Shown here: one piece after another, positions 25,937-29,916 of the stretch
Layout: every line of letters begins with the position of its first letter
Numbering within the stretch: position 1 is the stretch's first letter
NCBI GenBank assembly: GCA_964621645.1
Contig: CAZUMH010000035.1
Coordinates: 1-29,916, forward strand
DNA: 29,916 nucleotides
Reading direction: 5' to 3'
From: an uncultured bacterium
GTDB taxonomy: Bacteria; Zhuqueibacterota; QNDG01; JAGLOF01
Made by a program: the position numbers and the translations under genes
The notes under the pieces: generated by a model
What the model saw: the letters and a program-made list of their open reading frames with translations, nothing else
Databases searched by the model: none
Told to the model about the DNA's origin: nothing

Positions 25937-27034
25937 TCAGAGGCGGATTATTATGCCACCATAGCCGCTCAGACCGGACAGACTCACCCTGCCGCTGGGA
26001 GCCTGGTAACTCCCCAAGCCGGCTTTCAACTCGCCGCTGAAACTGACCGGTTCTGAAAGGGGCCATTCCAGCCCAATACCCGGTCCGGCTTGAAAAAGAC
26101 CGCCGTTTCCGAAATCGTTATTGGAATAAAATTTTATATAGAGGAATGTCTTGAGCCGGGCTCCCCGCTCGAGGTCACGCCATCCCGCCGCCTGCAGATC
26201 CAGCTCATTGCCGTTGCGGTTTTTCCGCTCGGTTTCAAGAAGTCCCCCCTGAACGATTTTGTTCCGGGCCCTCAGCTGATCCCGCAGGAAAAAGACCAGC
26301 TGCCAGTCTCCGGTGTTCAAAGAAAACATGCTCTGCGCCAACAGGCTGGGTCCGGCCCTGAGCACATCATTGCCTCCCCAGGTATCGGTGAAAAACAGTG
26401 TGTAGACCAGATCAAAGAAGAATCCACCCCGATTGACAGCCAGGGTGATGGTCACCTCATCACCGGGATTGTAACGTGTTTCCGCCGTGGTAAAAGGGGC
26501 AAAAGATCCTTTAAACAGATAACTAAGTCCCCAGCCCAAACGAAATGCACCCACCTCATAGGCATTGCTGAGACCGGCTTGAACATCCAAGCCTTCCCCG
26601 TAACTGGGAACGCGCAATCCAAAGGCCGATCGGCAGGCTACAGTGGCCACCGTATATTCGTCCGGTGTAAGACGGCTGCGCCCGGCCGGCAGATTGAGCC
26701 CGAAGGTCAACAGCCAGGCATCCCCGGCGAAGAGGAAATGCCCTCCCAGCTTGATATCCGACATTCCGGCCAGGGTATATGTCTGTCCCGCCCGTAGATT
26801 GGTAAAGGCCGGACCACTCACAGTATAGAGCTGCAGCCTGGAACTGACCGGATAGATGACCGAGAAAGGGCAGGCTATTTCTGTAATGCGATCGCCCCCG
26901 GCCCACCAGGAGGTAAAGGAACACCCGATGTGTCCGGCCAGGGGGGATTGCAGCCGGTAGGGATAATCCTGGGCCCGGCTTCCCGGGGATGGCAGTATCA
27001 TGATAAGAATAAACAAGAAAATTGATCTTTTCAT
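25937..27034 (-). CDS. Predicted outer-membrane beta-barrel protein of unknown function
   Basis: Signal peptide 'MKRSIFLFILIMILPSPGSRAQ' and pervasive alternating hydrophobic/aromatic strands with Gly/Tyr-rich turns. The C-terminal residue is Leu rather than the usual aromatic. Confidence 0.55.
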   Translation of the reverse strand: MKRSIFLFILIMILPSPGSRAQDYPYRLQSPLAGHIGCSFTSWWAGGDRITEIACPFSVIYPVSSRLQLYTVSGPAFTNLRAGQTYTLAGMSDIKLGGHFLFAGDAWLLTFGLNLPAGRSRLTPDEYTVATVACRSAFGLRVPSYGEGLDVQAGLSNAYEVGAFRLGWGLSYLFKGSFAPFTTAETRYNPGDEVTITLAVNRGGFFFDLVYTLFFTDTWGGNDVLRAGPSLLAQSMFSLNTGDWQLVFFLRDQLRARNKIVQGGLLETERKNRNGNELDLQAAGWRDLERGARLKTFLYIKFYSNNDFGNGGLFQAGPGIGLEWPLSEPVSFSGELKAGLGSYQAPSGRVSLSGLSGYGGIIIRL

Positions 27035-27046
27035 AGTCCTGTCTCC

Positions 27047-28387
27047 TCAGGGCTGCTGGACCGGCAAGGTGACCCTCACTTCCAGTTGCACCCGGTCGGT
27101 ATCGCCGAAATCGGTCTGATTCTCGTCTTTTGTCGCCTTACGGGTGTCCAGCCCGGGCAGGAATCTTTTATTAAGCAAATCACCGATATGCTTTAGATGA
27201 GCCTGCCGGGCATAGAAGGAGCGCTGACCTCTCTCCGATGACTGAGGACGTGACCGTACGGCCAGAGCCATCACCTTCGATTGCCCTCCCGCCAGACTGC
27301 TGGTACGCTGAAGCGGCTTTTGAGCTGTGGTAAATGAGGGATCCAGCTTTACTGCCTGGGAGTAGTAATTCGCCGCTTCCTGAAACTGACCTCTGTCCTC
27401 GGCGTCCAGTCCGCGGCAGTAGGCCATAAAAGCCATAATGTTTTCGGTGGGAATGCGGGCGATCTCATCCCGCTCCTCCTGGGAAAGACGGATCCCCATC
27501 TCATCGATGAGCGAGAACACCAGATCCTTTTCCATCACGAATAGATTGTCGATACTTCCGTTCACCTGGCTGGTCTGCATATTCCCTTGTGCTTTCACGG
27601 GGACCAGCCCCGCACTGATGCGCAGCTGCATATCCGTCAGATCGATGAATGCTCCCTGAATTACCCGGGCGGCACCTAAAAGACGCCCGAAACGAAGCGG
27701 CACATTCGCCGAAGCCATACCGGCCGGCTCCAGTTTCATTTCTTCCATAAGTTTCTGCATCCGCACCCGTTCCACCACCTGCAAATTTCGAACTTTTGAC
27801 AAATCGGTGATCAGCATGTCCGTTAAACCCTTTTCCAATGGGTTAAGCCCCGATTTCTTGCCGGCATTCACGAAATAGAGAACCGCCAGAGTGGAATCGG
27901 ATTGAGAGGAAGAGTTCAGCATGGATTCCTGGGCCAGGATCTCCCTGGCCTGCCGGGCCAGTCTCTCATGCAAGAGATTATCCAGCCGCGCCTCGATATC
28001 AGCCCGCAGGCTCCTCAGTTGTCCGATCTTCAGGTAACGGCGGTAGACAGCGATGGCCCGATCCTGATGCCCGTTATCCTCCGCCGCCAGTCCCAGAAAA
28101 AGGATGGTACGGGCATCCGTGGAATCACGCTGGAAAGCCCGGGTGAGCACTCTTTCTGCTGTTTCTTTCTTCCCTTGCTCCAGAAGAACGATCCCAAGTT
28201 CCCTCAGAGCCTCTGTGGTCTGTTCGTTTCCTTTAATAGACTCTATAAAAAATCGGGTCGCCTCATCATAGTCTCCTCTTTCCATGGCCTGTTTACCTTC
28301 ACCGAAACGGGTAGTGGCGCATCCCGATATCAGGCTGACAATAATGATACCTGCCGCTGTACCAAACCTCCAAATTGATTCCTTCAT
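27047..28387 (-). CDS. Lipoprotein with N-terminal TPR repeats and C-terminal CsgG-family (curli-type secretion channel lipoprotein-like) domain
   Basis: Lipobox 'LISGC' and TPR-like helices in the N-terminal ~140 aa. The C-terminal 'LAVLYFVNAGKKSG...LTDMLITDLSKVRNLQVVERVRMQKLMEEMKL...VPLRFGRLLGAARVIQGAFID' aligns by eye with E. coli CsgG 'IFVSVYNIQDETGQ...ATAMLVTALKDSRWFIPLERQGLQNLLNERKI...'. Confidence 0.65.
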   Translation of the reverse strand: MKESIWRFGTAAGIIIVSLISGCATTRFGEGKQAMERGDYDEATRFFIESIKGNEQTTEALRELGIVLLEQGKKETAERVLTRAFQRDSTDARTILFLGLAAEDNGHQDRAIAVYRRYLKIGQLRSLRADIEARLDNLLHERLARQAREILAQESMLNSSSQSDSTLAVLYFVNAGKKSGLNPLEKGLTDMLITDLSKVRNLQVVERVRMQKLMEEMKLEPAGMASANVPLRFGRLLGAARVIQGAFIDLTDMQLRISAGLVPVKAQGNMQTSQVNGSIDNLFVMEKDLVFSLIDEMGIRLSQEERDEIARIPTENIMAFMAYCRGLDAEDRGQFQEAANYYSQAVKLDPSFTTAQKPLQRTSSLAGGQSKVMALAVRSRPQSSERGQRSFYARQAHLKHIGDLLNKRFLPGLDTRKATKDENQTDFGDTDRVQLEVRVTLPVQQP

Positions 28388-28395
28388 CTCGTCTC

Positions 28396-29484
28396 CTATA
28401 ATTCAAAAATGAAGATCGAACCATTCGGGTAGTTCGGTTCAACCCATATTCTGCCGCCATGCGCTTCAACCGCCAGCTTGCAAAAAGCCAGTCCCAGACC
28501 TATTTGCCTGACACCCTCCTTCTTGGTCTGCAAAATCTTGTATTTATCGAAGATGCTCTCCCGGTACTCAGGCGGGATTCCCGGGCCTTTATCTGCTACC
28601 TCAAGCCGCAGAATAGACGGCTGTCCTTCTTTCACCGATAAAAGATTAGCTCTGATAAGCACTTCCGTATTTCTCTCCCCGTATTTTATTGCATTGCCCA
28701 CCAGGTTATCCAGACATTTTTGTATCAAATTTTTATCAGCCTGCCAAAAAAGTTCACCCTTCGAAACCGCCTTCGTTATGGTGATGTTCTGTGCTGAGGC
28801 CAATATCCGGTGGGTATCGATCACTATATCGATAATTAAGGAGATATCAAGCTTACTTAGGCGCACGATTAACTTTTCCGATTCCATTTTTGCCAGGTAG
28901 AGCAAATCTGAAAGATAATTATTAAGCCGGTGAGTTTCGGAAATGATTATTTCCACGTCCTTCTTCTGCTCTTTGGGTACGGAACCCTGCATTAGTTCGA
29001 CATATCCCTGAATAGTTGTCAGTGGATTGCGCATATCATGGACAATCATATTGGCCAAATCTTCTCTTAAATCGAGCATTCCCTGCAATCTGTCATACTG
29101 GGTTTTGATCCGTAACATGGATCGCACCCTCGCCCGCAATTCCACCCCGTTTACCGGTTTGGAGATAAAATCATCCGCTCCGGCTCCAAGTCCCCTTTTT
29201 AAATCTTCCTTATCTTGCAAAGCCGTAACCAGAATAATGGGGATATGGCACCAAGAGTTATTGGATTTGATGACTCGACAGGCTTCCAGTCCGTCCATGA
29301 CCGGCATCATGACATCCAAAAGGATCAAATCAATATCATCCTTTTTAAGCGCATCCAAGGCCTCAGCTGCATTCTTGGCGAACCGCAGTTTATAATCAAC
29401 ACTATAGAGAAGCGCTTCCAGGGTGCTGCGGGCGCTATCTTCATCGTCTACGATGAGTATTTTGGGCCGTCTTTCCTTCTCCAT
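28396..29484 (-). CDS. Cytoplasmic hybrid sensor kinase: N-terminal REC domain plus HisKA plus HATPase_c
   Basis: REC 'KILIVDDEDSARSTLEALL...DLILLDVMMPVMDGLEA', HisKA 'IVHDMRNPLTTIQGYVELM', ATPase 'GNAIKYGERNTEV...DKGPGIPPEY...GLGLAFCKLAVEAHGGRIWVE'. There is no TM segment. I start it at the Met of 'MEKERRPKILIV' (29484). The ORF track start at 29571 would overlap the upstream REC gene by 80 nt. Confidence 0.85.
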   Translation of the reverse strand: MEKERRPKILIVDDEDSARSTLEALLYSVDYKLRFAKNAAEALDALKKDDIDLILLDVMMPVMDGLEACRVIKSNNSWCHIPIILVTALQDKEDLKRGLGAGADDFISKPVNGVELRARVRSMLRIKTQYDRLQGMLDLREDLANMIVHDMRNPLTTIQGYVELMQGSVPKEQKKDVEIIISETHRLNNYLSDLLYLAKMESEKLIVRLSKLDISLIIDIVIDTHRILASAQNITITKAVSKGELFWQADKNLIQKCLDNLVGNAIKYGERNTEVLIRANLLSVKEGQPSILRLEVADKGPGIPPEYRESIFDKYKILQTKKEGVRQIGLGLAFCKLAVEAHGGRIWVEPNYPNGSIFIFEL

Positions 29485-29491
29485 TTCCTTT

Positions 29492-29916
29492 TCACTCTTT
29501 TTTAATTGTAATAATGTGATGGTATAAATTTTCCGGTGCCACGGGTTTGGTAAAATACCCGTTAGCCCCACTCTTCAGCCAGCGCTCTCGGTCACCCGGC
29601 AGATCAAGTCCGTTCAGAATCAATATTTGAACAGTATCCCATAATTCCTGCTGTCTTAATTTTGCGATTGTTTTTGGATCTCCAAACCCTGAAATCTGAG
29701 CATCCATAATCATTACATCTGGACAAAACTCGTTGATCAATTGAATCGCCTCTTGAAATTCCCGGGCCAGGAAAACCTCGTTACCCTTATTCTCAAGGTA
29801 TTCCCGAAGGGGAAAACGATCATTTTTTTGATCCTCTACAATAAGAATCGCGAACCCGTTGGGCCATTTGGTGTTTAAAAACTTCCTGATCTTCCTTGAT
29901 AATTTTTCTTTGTGTG
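29492..29916 (-). CDS. Response regulator receiver (REC) protein, 5' end beyond the window edge (partial)
   Basis: The reading frame is open from 29492 to the window end. It translates to '...ILIVEDQKNDRFPLREYLENKGNEVFLAREFQEAIQLINEFCPDVMIMDAQ...GYFTKPVAPENLY...' with no in-window start codon. It is a REC domain with no output domain. Confidence 0.8.
   Translation of the reverse strand, partial: HKEKLSRKIRKFLNTKWPNGFAILIVEDQKNDRFPLREYLENKGNEVFLAREFQEAIQLINEFCPDVMIMDAQISGFGDPKTIAKLRQQELWDTVQILILNGLDLPGDRERWLKSGANGYFTKPVAPENLYHHIITIKKE

Noticed and set aside
1-29916. CRISPR arrays, IS elements or transposases, integrases, phage genes, rRNA or tRNA genes.
   Set aside because: I found no regularly spaced repeats, terminal inverted repeats flanking a transposase-like ORF, recombinase motifs or structured RNA gene signatures on either strand.

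Overview
This 29.9-kb window appears to come from a diderm (Gram-negative-type) bacterium and is densely coding on both strands. The diderm call rests on Tat and Sec signal peptides, lipoboxes, a LolA-like protein, a CsgG-family lipoprotein and predicted outer-membrane beta-barrels. I found no rRNA, tRNA, CRISPR array, transposase or integrase. The window divides into six blocks.

(1) 175-2940, plus strand: small RNA-binding proteins (an RRM protein, a KH protein and a NYN nuclease fused to an OST-HTH/LOTUS domain) with an SPFH/stomatin protein between them.

(2) 3040-6269: a translationally coupled carbohydrate pair. A large GT4-type glycosyltransferase carries a C-terminal (alpha/alpha)6-like domain and is followed by a GH130 (beta-mannoside phosphorylase-like) protein.

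(3) 6889-13702, plus strand: two Tat-exported formylglycine-type (Cys/CxPxR) sulfatases, a SASA-family sialate-O-acetylesterase with C-terminal carbohydrate-binding domains, a small 4-TM membrane protein and a PD40/TolB-like beta-propeller protein. This looks like a sulfated or acetylated glycan-degradation locus.

(4) 13707-22556, minus strand: the most unusual block. Seven genes with overlapping start and stop codons encode a TPR protein, a MacB/LolD-like ABC ATPase, an FtsX-type permease, a LolA-like lipoprotein, a beta-rich secreted protein, an intramembrane-sensing LytS-type kinase and a LytTR response regulator. About 500 bp downstream lies a 637-aa secreted protein that I read as signal peptide, secretin-like N-terminal strand, predicted beta-barrel and a C-terminal caspase-like (His-Gly ... 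Cys) domain.

(5) 22808-25243, plus strand: a secreted C69-family dipeptidase, a small membrane protein and SUI1/YciH, the last two sharing an ATGA overlap.

(6) 25368 to the window end, minus strand: a second signalling/envelope operon. It encodes a stand-alone REC response regulator (5' end beyond the window), a cytoplasmic REC-HisKA-HATPase hybrid kinase, a TPR plus CsgG-like lipoprotein, a beta-barrel outer-membrane protein and a lipoprotein.

All calls come from reading the supplied translations and the DNA by eye. No database search, HMM or folding program was run.
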